Source: an uncultured bacterium
Lineage (GTDB): Bacteria; Verrucomicrobiota; Verrucomicrobiia; Verrucomicrobiales; DEV007
DNA length: 64,000 nt
Assembly: GCA_963977015.1 (NCBI GenBank)
Contig: CAXBMO010000003.1
Span: 384,001-448,000, forward strand
Direction of reading: 5' to 3'
Below, in pieces: positions 47,954-58,716 of this stretch. A program made the position numbers and the translations under genes. Positions within the stretch are counted from its first letter, which is position 1. Each line of letters starts with the position of its first letter. The notes below the pieces were generated by a model. It ran no database searches. It was not told where the DNA came from and was given only the letters and a program-made list of their open reading frames with translations.

Positions 47954-49192
47954 TTAGGCCCCAGCATTCGCGGACATCTGCGTCGAAACAACCTGCTCTC
48001 CGGTTTCATAGATGTCATTTGCGGACCCGACAACAAGAGGATCCATGTCATCCAACAAGGCATGATCCTTGCCGTCATAGGGAATATCCTTGAGCATGAA
48101 CTTGATCGCATTGAGGCGAGCTCGTTTCTTGTCATCGGAACGGACAATCGTCCAAGGAGCATCGGCGGTGTCAGAGTAAAAAAGCATCGACTCTTTCGCC
48201 TGAGTGTAGTCGTCCCACCGGCCGAGGGATTCGACATCCATCGGACTCAGCTTCCATTGCTTCAACGGATCCTTCGCACGGCCCATAAACCGCCGCAGTT
48301 GCTCTTCGCGGCTCACCGAAAACCAGAATTTGAACAATCGAATCCCGCTTCGAGCCAGCATTCGCTCGAATTCGGGAGCCTGGCGCATGAACTCCAAATA
48401 CTCGTTCGGCTTGCAAAATCCCATCACACGTTCAACACCGGCACGGTTGTACCAGGAACGATCAAAAAAGACCATTTCGCCGCTGGTTGGCATCTTTTGA
48501 ACATACCGTTGGAAATACCACTGTCCTTTTTCACTGTCAGAAGGCTTTGCCAGAGCTACCACACGAGCCCCCCGAGGGTTCAAATTCTCCACGAACCGCT
48601 TGATCGTCCCGCCCTTTCCGGCCGCGTCACGACCTTCAAACACAGCGACAATCCGTTCCCCCGACTTCCCAACCCACGCCTGCATTTTCACCAACTCAAT
48701 TTGGAGCAACTCGATCTGACGTTCGTATTCAGCCGACTTCATCACCTTCTTATAGGGATAAGCATCGCTGATGATCGTTGACTTCTTCTTTGTACTTTTG
48801 ACCCGCTCGGTAAGTTCTGGAGGGATGCATTTCTGGACCTTTTCCTCGATCACCGCAACCATTGGAAACGCAGCCATCAACGGGTCAGGACTGGCGGGAG
48901 CCGTTTCCGGAGGAGCGGGAGCTGGCTCGGGAGGACTCGCCACCGCTTCGGGTTCTGGCACAGCCGACTCGGGCATTTCCACCTCGGGCATCATCGCCTC
49001 GTCGCCCTCAACTTCCGGCACGTCAGCTTTGGCAACAACGGGTTCTTCAACAACGATTGGTGCTTCCTCTTGAATCTCGAGCGGCTCGGAGTCTGGCGCT
49101 TCGACCAACGGTTCTGGAGAATCTGCAGGAATCTCGCCCTTCATTGGATCGACGGGAGGTTCAATGACCTTAGGTTTGAAAAAATGGCTCAT
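47954..49192 (-). CDS. ppk2: Polyphosphate kinase 2 with Pro/Glu-rich N-terminal extension
   Basis: LQIELVKMQ, FEGRDAAGKGG, QWYFQRY, FDRSWYNRAGVE and WKLSPMD. Confidence 0.93.
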   Translation of the reverse strand: MSHFFKPKVIEPPVDPMKGEIPADSPEPLVEAPDSEPLEIQEEAPIVVEEPVVAKADVPEVEGDEAMMPEVEMPESAVPEPEAVASPPEPAPAPPETAPASPDPLMAAFPMVAVIEEKVQKCIPPELTERVKSTKKKSTIISDAYPYKKVMKSAEYERQIELLQIELVKMQAWVGKSGERIVAVFEGRDAAGKGGTIKRFVENLNPRGARVVALAKPSDSEKGQWYFQRYVQKMPTSGEMVFFDRSWYNRAGVERVMGFCKPNEYLEFMRQAPEFERMLARSGIRLFKFWFSVSREEQLRRFMGRAKDPLKQWKLSPMDVESLGRWDDYTQAKESMLFYSDTADAPWTIVRSDDKKRARLNAIKFMLKDIPYDGKDHALLDDMDPLVVGSANDIYETGEQVVSTQMSANAGA

Positions 49193-49312
49193 GGGATATG
49201 CGTTAAGACTTGGAGGGAGCGGCTACTGCCTCCCTATCTTCAACACAGCAGGCAACATGCCACTCCGCTGATCATTTGCGTTATTCCAGTCCAGCGTTTC
49301 CCAAAAGGGACC

Positions 49313-50533
49313 TCAACGGATCCCGAAATGCCGGTTCAGCGGTTCCTGATAACTGTCAATTGTGCCATTCTCGACCTCAGCCACCTTAACCTGACACTTC
49401 GCTTTGTCAGACTCCACCACCGCAAACGCACAGGCGAGATCCTTCAATCCTTCCTCTCCACTCGTTTCCGGGTTGCCTCCCTGACGAATCGCCTCAAGCC
49501 AATCGTATTGAGCCAAGGCGAAGTCATCGGTTAGCCCAAGAGGCGTTTCAGGATGATGGGCAGACTCGAGGGACTGCATTTTCCCGTCATCCAAACTCAT
49601 TGCGTCGCCCGTTAAACGACCACGGCTTCCATAAAAAACGGCTCCTTCTCCCGCCATCGTTGGCCCACCATGACCGGCCCAACTCCCATAGATCGTTCCT
49701 CTGGCTCCGGCGTGCGTTTCAAAGTTGGCAAAGAAGGTATCGTCCGCGTCGCAGTTGATTTGCTCAAGCACGGCCCCGCTCAAATCTCGCGTGTAACGAA
49801 TCGGCTCAATCACAGAGGTCTGGGCAGAGACGCTTTTTACCTCACCTCCCACGTAGCGAACCATGTCAAACCAGTGAGGCCCCATGTCGAGAGCGATACC
49901 ACCGGCTTCTTGCAACCGATGACGCCATGCCGTTTCTGCCACAATTTGATCTGGAGCCCACCACGCACCTGCACAGCCGAAAAGCGCCATTTGAAGATCA
50001 CCAAGCGGCCCTTCCGGACCGAATGCCCACTTCGTTCGCCGGATTCCCAACATGTACCGAAGATTCTCAAACACTCCGAACGTGACCCCAGCGGCTTCTG
50101 CTCGTTCGCACATCTGACGTGCCGCGCGAACCGTCACCGCCAAAGGCTTTTGAGACATCAAATGTTTCCCATTGGCGAAGGAAACATCGGCAACCTGATG
50201 ATGAAGACTGTGAATCGTGAAGTCGTTGACTGCATCGATCGAGCCATTTTTGATCATCTCGCGATAATCCTCAAAAACCTCCACCTTCACTCCTGGCTGA
50301 AAGTCGGACAAATACTCATCGTCAATCGCCAACGGATCTCCCTCCATCGTCGAAACCGCCTTTCGCTGGGCCGGCCCCTCCCCGCGCTGAATGTAGCTGC
50401 GAGCGTCCGCTTCTTTTCGGGCGCAAAGAGCGGTGATCTGAAAGTCATCCACGCCAGCTTCCCGCAAAATCCGATATCCGCGAAGATGAGCCGCGAGGAT
50501 GCGGCCGCAGCCGACGATGCCAATTCTGATCAT
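49313..50533 (-). CDS. Gfo/Idh/MocA family oxidoreductase
   Basis: IGIVGCGRI, QKPLA and GGIALDMGPH. Confidence 0.88.
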   Translation of the reverse strand: MIRIGIVGCGRILAAHLRGYRILREAGVDDFQITALCARKEADARSYIQRGEGPAQRKAVSTMEGDPLAIDDEYLSDFQPGVKVEVFEDYREMIKNGSIDAVNDFTIHSLHHQVADVSFANGKHLMSQKPLAVTVRAARQMCERAEAAGVTFGVFENLRYMLGIRRTKWAFGPEGPLGDLQMALFGCAGAWWAPDQIVAETAWRHRLQEAGGIALDMGPHWFDMVRYVGGEVKSVSAQTSVIEPIRYTRDLSGAVLEQINCDADDTFFANFETHAGARGTIYGSWAGHGGPTMAGEGAVFYGSRGRLTGDAMSLDDGKMQSLESAHHPETPLGLTDDFALAQYDWLEAIRQGGNPETSGEEGLKDLACAFAVVESDKAKCQVKVAEVENGTIDSYQEPLNRHFGIR

Positions 50534-50578
50534 GATTCGAAATCTGCCGAGCGCCCGCCTGGCCGCAACGGGAAGTTT

Positions 50579-51040
50579 TTACGAGTCGGATGCGTCCTCG
50601 CCCTCAAGGAGTTGCTTCATCTCCACCCACCCCGCAGGTAGGTAGTAAACCTCGCTGATCCCGAGATCCCGCAAATCCTCCGCCACCACTCGGCTCCTCC
50701 AGCAACTCAGACTATCGCAGTAGACGATAATCGCCTTCTCGGTGGAAGTGAGTGTCTCGAAGTGTTCGAGCAGGAGATCGTTCCAATTCTCTTTGTTCAG
50801 AAGCAGGGCTCCGGGCTGGTGGCCCGCCTCAAATTTCTCCGTGGTTCGCGAATCGAGCCATAGAACGTCGTTGTTCCAGCGCGTCGCGACATCTTCCAAG
50901 GTAACCTTCCATGGGTCGAACTTTGCCGCTCGCTTCATTTGCCAATCCGGGGCCTTCGGATGGACGCACATCGTCATCACCCCGGCGACCAAGGTGAGTC
51001 CAATGAGAATCGAAATCTGCCGTAGGAGATCCGTCGTCAC
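50579..51040 (-). CDS. Rhodanese-like domain protein
   Basis: WLDSR...FEAGHQPGA, IIVYCD...S and VYYLPAGW. Confidence 0.85.
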   Translation of the reverse strand: MTTDLLRQISILIGLTLVAGVMTMCVHPKAPDWQMKRAAKFDPWKVTLEDVATRWNNDVLWLDSRTTEKFEAGHQPGALLLNKENWNDLLLEHFETLTSTEKAIIVYCDSLSCWRSRVVAEDLRDLGISEVYYLPAGWVEMKQLLEGEDASDS

Positions 51041-51046
51041 TGGATA

Positions 51047-51709
51047 TCAATCCTCTTTGGCGATTCGAAAGAACGTCATTTGACGCTGCTGCTCCGGAAT
51101 TTCGCAATCCGTCTCAATTCTCACCACACCGAGCATCGTGGAATCGGTGTCCTTTGGCGTCAGTTCAATCTCATAGAGCCTGCCTTCCTCGATGACATGG
51201 AGCTCAGCCGTTACATTCTTTCGCGATGGAACCACCTCCAAAACACGGATCGGTTCAGGCCGCAGCACCTTAAAGACCACCTTCTTGGGGCCGGGGCTTT
51301 CGTTGAGATCCCACATCGCCATTTTCGGCTCAATGGAAAGAATCTCTGGGATCGACACTCTGACGGCCAACCGCGTGGCGGTTCGACCATCGCCCTTGGA
51401 ATGAACCGTGATCGCTTTTTCCACGATTCCGGTCAGACCTTTGACAAAAAATTCCGCCTCGACGATCCCCGCCTCTCCTGGCTTATACACCTTTTTATCG
51501 CTCGTCGCCTTGAGGCACCCACAAGTGGAATCGATCAACCCGATTTCCACTGGCGTTTTCCCCTCGTTGGTGAATTTGAATTCAGCGAGGACTGACGCAT
51601 CACCAATCTTCGCGTCCCGTTCCAGGATTTCGGCTTCGAAGTTAAGCTTTGCATGGGCCACCGCCCCCAAAAATAGGCTCCAGATGGTGCACGCAATCAG
51701 GGTTTTCAT
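51047..51709 (-). CDS. DUF1573 domain secreted protein
   Basis: FKFTNEG...STCGC...YKPGEAG. Confidence 0.8.
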   Translation of the reverse strand: MKTLIACTIWSLFLGAVAHAKLNFEAEILERDAKIGDASVLAEFKFTNEGKTPVEIGLIDSTCGCLKATSDKKVYKPGEAGIVEAEFFVKGLTGIVEKAITVHSKGDGRTATRLAVRVSIPEILSIEPKMAMWDLNESPGPKKVVFKVLRPEPIRVLEVVPSRKNVTAELHVIEEGRLYEIELTPKDTDSTMLGVVRIETDCEIPEQQRQMTFFRIAKED

Positions 51710-51747
51710 GAGGCTAAACTAGTCCGGTAACCGGTGCATGCAAAGCG

Positions 51748-51779
51748 AAAGAGGAGCGCCCAAAACGGACACTCCTCTT
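51748..51779 (-). terminator. Rho-independent terminator of mscL
   Basis: Minus strand GAGGAGTGTCC-GTTTT-GGGCGCTCCTC followed by TTT. Confidence 0.65.
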
Positions 51780-51807
51780 CGTAAATTCGCAATCTTTTCA
51801 GTGCCTG

Positions 51808-52236
51808 TCAGCCTTTCTTCGCCAGCAAATCCCGAATCTCCGTGAGAAGCACTTCCTCTCTGCCGGGTTCGGGCGCCTTTTCAGGTTCCTCTTCCTTTTT
51901 CTTCTCAAACTTGGCCTTCGCCTCGTTGTAGAACTTCACCATCAGGAAGATACAGAAACCGATGATAACCAACGAAATGATGTCATTGATGAAGGTTCCG
52001 TAATTGATGGCAACCGCTTCCACCGCAGCGGCGTCACCTTCCGCAGGCTTGGCGTCTTGAAGCGTGATCTTCAAATTGCTGAAGTCGATTCCCCCTAAAA
52101 CCAGACCAATCGGAGGCATGATCACGTTGTTGACGAGCGATTTGATCACGGTGCCGAAGGCGGCGCCAATGATGATTCCAACTGCCATGTCGAGCATGTT
52201 GCCTTTAAGGATGAAATCTCTAAATTCTTTGAGCAT
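51808..52236 (-). CDS. mscL: Large-conductance mechanosensitive channel
   Basis: MLKEFRDFILKGNMLDMAVGIIIGAAF...LLTEIRDLL. Confidence 0.97.
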   Translation of the reverse strand: MLKEFRDFILKGNMLDMAVGIIIGAAFGTVIKSLVNNVIMPPIGLVLGGIDFSNLKITLQDAKPAEGDAAAVEAVAINYGTFINDIISLVIIGFCIFLMVKFYNEAKAKFEKKKEEEPEKAPEPGREEVLLTEIRDLLAKKG

Positions 52237-52302
52237 AGCGATATTCTGATAAGGTTAGGGATCTAATTCGACATGAAAGTTTACTTAGGGTCAATGTTAA
52301 AG

Positions 52303-52887
52303 TCACGACTTTGGACCGGGCATGTCTTCGCGAGTGTTCACATTGACGAAGTATCGGCGATCCTCCTCGGACAAAACACGTTCCCTGACGAAGCCCTTTT
52401 GGGCCGCCTCTTTCACCAATCCCTGCAGCGATAAATCGTCGCTGCGGAGGCGCTCATTGGCAATTTCGCGCACTCCACTTGTTGGATACACTGCGACCAA
52501 GGGTTCCCAAAACCCATCCTCCCAACGAGTTACGACGCCACAATCCGGAGTCGATTCGCCTATTAACCCCGCGAGGAATTCGATTGGCATTTGCGGCAAA
52601 TCCACGGCCAGAATAACCAACAGTGGATCCTTCGCCTGATTCAAACAGGCACTGACTCCCCCCAACGGACCTCGCTCTTCCAGCGCGTCGTGAACGCGGA
52701 GAAAAGTATGTTCTGCGGGAAAATGTTGATCCTTCCGGCAGGAAACGAGGAGTTCCGACGGACTCAAGGCCTCAAGTTTGGCCAGTTGAGAGCGCCAGAG
52801 AGGTTTGCCTTCCCATACTGCAAACGCCTTGTCACTGCCAAAGCGCTTCGAGCGGCCTCCGGCAATCAATGCGGCGGAAAAGCTCAC
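52303..52887 (-). CDS. mobA: Molybdenum cofactor guanylyltransferase
   Basis: IAGGRSKRFGSDKA, GPLGG, VDLP, EPLVAVY and NVNTRED. Confidence 0.9.
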   Translation of the reverse strand: MSFSAALIAGGRSKRFGSDKAFAVWEGKPLWRSQLAKLEALSPSELLVSCRKDQHFPAEHTFLRVHDALEERGPLGGVSACLNQAKDPLLVILAVDLPQMPIEFLAGLIGESTPDCGVVTRWEDGFWEPLVAVYPTSGVREIANERLRSDDLSLQGLVKEAAQKGFVRERVLSEEDRRYFVNVNTREDMPGPKS

Positions 52888-53342
52888 GATCCACTCCGTA
52901 GAACCCCATCGCTGAGAATCCGAGCCCGAAGGCCACCATGTCCCTTCAGAGCTTCATGAGCTCCGTCGGCAAAGGCCTGATCCATCCAGTAACAAGGCCT
53001 GCACTCCTCCGTGCCATGAAACCGAATGCCTTGAATTTCAAAGTCCTCACCGATCAGGGTATTCAAATCGACATCATCCACGATCACATTGCGGCGGAAG
53101 GCTTTTGGGGACTTGTCAGCAACCTGAAACTGATCACAAAGCCGATCGTAGACCGACTTCGCAAAGAACGTGATTTGCCCTTTGTAATCCGGCTTGTGGT
53201 CTAAAAACCGGTCACCTTTGATTCCGCGGTTGGCGATGCACTCCACTTCGTCCACCTCGACCATCGGATCGGTGCCCGGCTCCTTGCCGTGGTGTCCGAA
53301 ATAGGTGTGTGCGTCAGAAATGTAAAGGTGGAGGATCTTCAC
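52884..53342 (-). CDS. MOSC domain protein
   Basis: GIKGDRF, FRRNVIV, CRPC and GGLRARIL. Confidence 0.88.
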   Translation of the reverse strand: MKILHLYISDAHTYFGHHGKEPGTDPMVEVDEVECIANRGIKGDRFLDHKPDYKGQITFFAKSVYDRLCDQFQVADKSPKAFRRNVIVDDVDLNTLIGEDFEIQGIRFHGTEECRPCYWMDQAFADGAHEALKGHGGLRARILSDGVLRSGS

Positions 53343-54322
53343 TCAAAAATCCGGATATTCGCATCGCGTCGCAACCGAGCCAACCAGGCGTCCACCTTGC
53401 TTTGCCGTTTGTTTTGCAGCACCCGACGATGAACCTCGTCTTCCACTTCGTCCAACGGGGTGATTTTCCCCAACTCGCGAGCTTCCACGTAAACCAAGGT
53501 ATAAAAGCTGCCGAGATCGATGATCTCACTGACCGACTGTGGTGCAATGGTGAAGGCTGCTTCGGCCAACTGGGAATTCAGGTCTGCCTTGGAGAAGGTT
53601 CCACGCTCACCGCCATTTGGCGCGCCACTATCAACGCTATGGGTTCTTGCCATGGTCGCAAAGTCCGCTCCGGAGCGAAGCTTCGACAGAATTTCTTCGA
53701 CCAATGCCTTTTGCGAAGCGCCGGAATTGGGATCCCCCTCCGCCGTCTTCGGAATTGTAATTGTCCGAATTTTGACGAATCCATCCGAGCTGAACAGCGA
53801 AGGATTCTCTTTCCAGAATTTCTCTCGCTCAACAGGAGTGACAATCACGTCATCAACCCCGGCATTTCGACTCCGCATCGCCTGAACGATGATCGTTTCA
53901 CGCTGCAACTCCCGAAATTGTTTAATGGTTAGACCGCTGCCTGATAGTTCCTTGTAAAACTGGTTCCGGTCTCCCCCAAATCGCTCTCGGACGAACCGAT
54001 CCACCGCTTGGTCAACGTGTTGATCTCGGATCTCAGCGCCGAGTTCCTTAAACTGGCTGAGGATCAGCTCACGATCGATCAAATCCCGCAGGGCATTTCG
54101 CTCAATTTCGCGAACCCGCGCTTCCAAGGCACTCGCACTCAACCGGCGTCCCTCTTGCAACACCAACAGGTGAACCTGGGTTTGAGCCGTATTACGAACT
54201 TCCGACTTGGTAATAACCTGGTTATTGACGACGGCAGCGATGCCATTTACTTCCGTTGCAGCATGTGCTTGTAGGATCGCAGCAGCCAATGCTCCTGTGA
54301 GGAAGAGAATTCTTTTTTTCAT
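53339..54322 (-). CDS. SurA-like peptidyl-prolyl isomerase / chaperone
   Basis: IAAVVNNQVITKSEV, parvulin domain GADFATMARTHS...GGERG and WLARLRRDANI. Confidence 0.85.
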   Translation of the reverse strand: MKKRILFLTGALAAAILQAHAATEVNGIAAVVNNQVITKSEVRNTAQTQVHLLVLQEGRRLSASALEARVREIERNALRDLIDRELILSQFKELGAEIRDQHVDQAVDRFVRERFGGDRNQFYKELSGSGLTIKQFRELQRETIIVQAMRSRNAGVDDVIVTPVEREKFWKENPSLFSSDGFVKIRTITIPKTAEGDPNSGASQKALVEEILSKLRSGADFATMARTHSVDSGAPNGGERGTFSKADLNSQLAEAAFTIAPQSVSEIIDLGSFYTLVYVEARELGKITPLDEVEDEVHRRVLQNKRQSKVDAWLARLRRDANIRIFE

Positions 54323-54530
54323 GTGAGGAGGATCTTTATCCGATAAGAAGATGGGGAGCGATAGAGGCAACGATCCAGCGCCAATTTCCGCATTGTATCG
54401 GATAGCTTGGTGCCGTCAATGCGGTATTTCATAAAACCTAACATTTTCCGAAGCGTCCCAGAATTTCAGCGCTTTGACGGAAAGGCTAGATCTCTTCTTC
54501 AGCCGGAATCATGACCTTTTCCTTTCACGG

Positions 54531-55316
54531 CTACTCTAATTGAGCAACTGCTGTCTGCGGAATTTGGATCAGAATGGGACTCGCTGAGGAATCCAGCCAC
54601 GAAAGAAGCTCAGTCAGATCCTCCCTGCTCATTGCCGTGCAACCTGCGGTGGGATGGTCAGGACTTCTCCAAACATGCAGAAAAATCGCACTACCAGCTC
54701 CTGGTTTCGACGGATCCATATTGTGCCGGATCACCACTCCGAACTCATAGAGGTGATCGTCTCGTCGCATCCGCTCAAATGATCCCCATCGGTCTTCAGG
54801 CTTCGCTTCGAAGTTTTTTTCCTTGGTTCCGTTCCATTGAACCCAGCGGTTGTAGTCAGGAGATTCAGGGTTATCCACGAACAAGTCGATCCCGGTGGAT
54901 TGCCGATACCGCAGTTTTGGGTTTCCAGAGAACTCAGGCGCATAGCCAAAGCCTGTTCCCAGTTCAAAAATTCCAGCAGGAGCCCGCCCGTCGCCTTCCC
55001 GCTTGCCTTGTTCCTTTTCGGTTGGCTCAGGGTGAAGTCCTCGTCCCCAACCAAGCCCCGCCCGCCCGACGACTACCGGGACCGATGCTTCTACCCTTTT
55101 CCAGTTTCCTTCAGCCTCCTTCACGTAGCGCTGCAGCGTCCCCTTGGTCGCAGTCCAGTGACGAGTCGTCACCAACAAGACCTGTTCGCAAGCATCAGGA
55201 AGATGCTTTTCGAATCGTTTGGGAGATGGGTCGGTCATTCCCTTGGGCATAGCCAGTTGAGCAAGAACCACGCTCATGAGCGCTTGAGCAAGGAAACGGT
55301 GATTTCGCGGCAACAA
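54531..55316 (-). CDS. YkuD-family L,D-transpeptidase-like protein (COG3786-type)
   Basis: KREGDGRAPAG and GSAIFLHVW...TAGC. Confidence 0.85.
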   Translation of the reverse strand: MLPRNHRFLAQALMSVVLAQLAMPKGMTDPSPKRFEKHLPDACEQVLLVTTRHWTATKGTLQRYVKEAEGNWKRVEASVPVVVGRAGLGWGRGLHPEPTEKEQGKREGDGRAPAGIFELGTGFGYAPEFSGNPKLRYRQSTGIDLFVDNPESPDYNRWVQWNGTKEKNFEAKPEDRWGSFERMRRDDHLYEFGVVIRHNMDPSKPGAGSAIFLHVWRSPDHPTAGCTAMSREDLTELLSWLDSSASPILIQIPQTAVAQLE

Positions 55317-55334
55317 ACTGATACCTGGAGAAGA

Positions 55335-56408
55335 TTAGGAAAGTAACGGCAGCGCCCGCTTCTCGATGGCGCTCTGGTAGGCCGTATCGACGATTTGTTG
55401 ACCAATGCGGCTGACTTCAACGGAAAGGGGGCCTTCAACCGGAAGATCGCGCTCCAAGCGATCTATCAAATATTGGATCGGATTTTGAAATGGAGCCTCA
55501 ATTGAGGGAACGGGAATCGGATACCCGGCCGGCTGTTCCCGGGTTTGCACCCAGAGTTCCTGGGTGTAATCCGGAATCCCGATGGTCCCCTCCGTTCCGA
55601 CCAGCACGAAACCGCATTTGGGTTGTGGTTGGTGGGTCCAGGGATCCGTGAAGGTTCCCCAACGCGTTTCGAATTTGGAAAGACCGGACTCGTAGCGGGC
55701 AATGGCGATGGCGTGCTCATCAACCTCCAAGGCGTTGGGATCATCCGTCAGGCACATGACCTCGATCGGTTTCCGATTATCCAGATACCACGTCCCCAAG
55801 GTCGCACCGTAACCCATGTAATCCAGCAGGCTTCCCCCACCCTCGGCTTTGCGGTAGAACCAACTCGCGGCCTTTTCTTCCGCCGACGGCTCCTTTTCGG
55901 TCTTGTCTGCTCCGTGATACAGTGGACCCCGGTTTCCTCCGTAGGTATGAACCTCTCGGATGGTACCGATCAGCCCTTCCTGAACTTTTTGATACGCATG
56001 ATGATGGGCATCCATCCAGCGGAGTGGCCAGTTGATCGCGAGTTGCTTTCCCGTCGGGGCCATGGCTTCGATCATTCGGTCCGCTTCAGCCACCGAAGCG
56101 GCAAAAGGCTTCTCCATGAGGATGTGAACCCCGTAGCCGGCCACTTTTTCGGTCCATTCCGCGTGCCGAGCAGCAGCAGGGCAAAGCACCACAATGTCAG
56201 GCTCGGTCGCTTCCAGGCACTGTGCGAAATCGGTGAAGACTCGATCCTCTGGAATCGCAAACTTCACCATCGCTTCTTCCATTCGCGACCGATCTTCATC
56301 GCTGATCCCCACCAACTCCGCACTGGGATGCTCATGAACCATCCTCAGCAGATCGCCCATGTGGAAATGGTCGAAATTGATCCCAGCAATTTTCCAAATC
56401 TTGCTCAT
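55335..56408 (-). CDS. Gfo/Idh/MocA family oxidoreductase
   Basis: PDIVVLC, EKPFA and GGGSLLDY. Confidence 0.88.
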   Translation of the reverse strand: MSKIWKIAGINFDHFHMGDLLRMVHEHPSAELVGISDEDRSRMEEAMVKFAIPEDRVFTDFAQCLEATEPDIVVLCPAAARHAEWTEKVAGYGVHILMEKPFAASVAEADRMIEAMAPTGKQLAINWPLRWMDAHHHAYQKVQEGLIGTIREVHTYGGNRGPLYHGADKTEKEPSAEEKAASWFYRKAEGGGSLLDYMGYGATLGTWYLDNRKPIEVMCLTDDPNALEVDEHAIAIARYESGLSKFETRWGTFTDPWTHQPQPKCGFVLVGTEGTIGIPDYTQELWVQTREQPAGYPIPVPSIEAPFQNPIQYLIDRLERDLPVEGPLSVEVSRIGQQIVDTAYQSAIEKRALPLLS

Positions 56409-57739
56409 TCGGTCGCCAATTTATCTTCGTTCTTGGAATTCGGGTTACGGAATACCACGACGAAAATGACCAAAATGATCAACGCAAAGATGGCTGGTTT
56501 CATCCAGAGCGGCTTCCATTCCAAGGCCGCCAGTTCCTCATGCCGCGCTTCATCCCGCTGCGCAATCAACTGCTCCGCCGCATCGCCCTCCGCCTCCGCG
56601 ATTTGATCATTCAAACCGGCCACTTTGGCGGCCAGTTCGATTGCCGCAGGCGGCGTATGACTGGCTTCAATTTTCGCGGCGACCTGCGCTCCGACAAACA
56701 TCCCCAATCCAAGTGTAAACAAGACCAGCATTCCCTGAGCCTGCCCCCGGATTTTTTGAGGAGCGACTTTGTCCGTATAAATCTGCCCGGTGACGAAGAA
56801 GAAGTCATAGCAGATTCCGTGGAGAACGATTCCACCAACAATCATCCAGACAATCTCGGATGGGGCGCCAATTGCGAAGAGATAGTAACGCACCACCCAT
56901 GCCAGCATTCCGACCGCCAACATCCATTTGACGCCCAGCTTCCGGAAAAACAGTGGCATCACGACCATGAAGAGAATCTCCGACATCTGACCATACGTCA
57001 TGGTTCGGCCGATGGGTTCACCAACCAATTCCACAACCCGGCTGGTAATCTGATAGTAGAACGCGAGAGGGATGCAGATCAGAGTCGACGCCACGATGAA
57101 GACCAAATAGGAGGGATTCTTCAACAGGACGAGCGCATCCAATCCGAGAATCTCCCGAAGCGTCACCTTCGTTCCCTTGTCTGCCGGCGTATCGGGAAGC
57201 AAAAAACTGAAAATCCCCAGAATAATGGCTGCGCAAGCCGTGAGATGAAACATGGAGACCGTTTTTTCCCACCCGACCTGCGTGAGAACAAGACCAGCGG
57301 CAATCCAGCCGATCGTTCCCCAAACCCGAATTTTGGGAAATTCCTTCTCCGGGTCGGTCATGTTGCGCATCGCCAAGGTATTGGTGAGGGCGAGCGTTGG
57401 GAAGTAGGTCAACATGTATCCAAAAAACAGCAGGTTGATGTGATTTGGAACGGGTGAGTCTACCACCATGAGCCTGGTGGCCCCAAACATGATGAGACCG
57501 CCCAGAATGTGCATCACGCCCAAAACGCGCTGAGCGGCAAAAAACCGATCTGCGATCATCCCGACAAAGAAGGGCGAGATCATCCCTGCGATGGGCCCAA
57601 CCGAGTAGGTCCAGCCGAAGTCCTCGGCTTGGAATCCGATTCCGCTGAGATAGTTGGGTGCGGTCACATACCAGGATCCCCAGATAAAGAACTGGAAGAA
57701 CATCATGACCGAAAGGCGTATTAGGATATTGGCGCTCAT
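56405..57739 (-). CDS. MFS nucleoside:H+ symporter family permease (NupG/YegT-like)
   Basis: [34 protein letters not shown] and [16 protein letters not shown]. Confidence 0.88.
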   Translation of the reverse strand: MSANILIRLSVMMFFQFFIWGSWYVTAPNYLSGIGFQAEDFGWTYSVGPIAGMISPFFVGMIADRFFAAQRVLGVMHILGGLIMFGATRLMVVDSPVPNHINLLFFGYMLTYFPTLALTNTLAMRNMTDPEKEFPKIRVWGTIGWIAAGLVLTQVGWEKTVSMFHLTACAAIILGIFSFLLPDTPADKGTKVTLREILGLDALVLLKNPSYLVFIVASTLICIPLAFYYQITSRVVELVGEPIGRTMTYGQMSEILFMVVMPLFFRKLGVKWMLAVGMLAWVVRYYLFAIGAPSEIVWMIVGGIVLHGICYDFFFVTGQIYTDKVAPQKIRGQAQGMLVLFTLGLGMFVGAQVAAKIEASHTPPAAIELAAKVAGLNDQIAEAEGDAAEQLIAQRDEARHEELAALEWKPLWMKPAIFALIILVIFVVVFRNPNSKNEDKLATE

Positions 57740-57801
57740 GGGATTTCGTGCGTGGTGGCCTAGAGTGGAGCCCATCTCGCCCCATTTGTGAACCGAAAAA
57801 G

Positions 57802-58644
57802 TTATCGGCTCAAGGTCCACCGCTCCCCACACCGCAAAACCCGGCACGGTTGGCGAAATCGCTCACAACTTTCCCGGAAAAGTTCGGGAGTCTCCGTATT
57901 GAATTCAAACATCTCGAAATGGTGGGGAATCGCAATTCCCGCGCCACAACCTCTGGCGACCGCCGCAGCCTCAAGACCATCCAGATTTCCAGCAACGCGC
58001 CGCGACTCCCGAAAGCCGTTGATCGGCACCAACGCGACGTCCGGCTGGAACGGAGCGATCTGCCTGACCAAGCCCTCATGCCACATGGTGTCGCCGCTGT
58101 GATAGACACAGAACTCCCCAAAACGAACCACGAAGCCCAAATACCGGCACTGGCCAAGCTCGTCACGATCAACCTCGTTGTGAGCGGCTGCGATCCCGGT
58201 GAACTGAAATGGCCCAACCTCCAGGGTTACTCCATCGTTCAGGCCAATCATTTCGATCACCGACGTTCCCAATCGGCCTTCGGCAAACCCGATGTTTGCC
58301 TTGGGCAGGACCAACCGTGCGCCTGGATTGGCCCTCGCCAACGCCAACAGCGTATCCTTGTCCAAATGGTCGGTGTGATTGTGGCTCGAGGTGATGACGT
58401 CCAAACCTCCGATCTGCGATGGGTCGACGACCAACTCCGTCATCCGAACATGTGGTTTGTCAGTTTCCGCATATTTCAGCGAGAGCGAATCCGAAAGATA
58501 CGGGTCGAACAAGAGTCTTCGAGCCCCCCATTTGATCAGAAAGCCGCTCTGCCCTAACCACCAGACATGGAGGCATTTCTGGTCTTCGCGACTGGTTTCA
58601 ATGTCCTCCAACAGCTCATCGTTTTTCTGAAAAGGCCGAATCAT
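57802..58644 (-). CDS. MBL-fold metallo-hydrolase (UlaG-like)
   Basis: [31 protein letters not shown] and IPHHF. Confidence 0.85.
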   Translation of the reverse strand: MIRPFQKNDELLEDIETSREDQKCLHVWWLGQSGFLIKWGARRLLFDPYLSDSLSLKYAETDKPHVRMTELVVDPSQIGGLDVITSSHNHTDHLDKDTLLALARANPGARLVLPKANIGFAEGRLGTSVIEMIGLNDGVTLEVGPFQFTGIAAAHNEVDRDELGQCRYLGFVVRFGEFCVYHSGDTMWHEGLVRQIAPFQPDVALVPINGFRESRRVAGNLDGLEAAAVARGCGAGIAIPHHFEMFEFNTETPELFRESCERFRQPCRVLRCGERWTLSR

Positions 58645-58716
58645 GTTCTGCAAGGCTAAAAATTGTCTAGTAGTGCGTCTTGAATCCCAAAACTTTTCGT
58701 GTTCTGTCAGTCCCAA

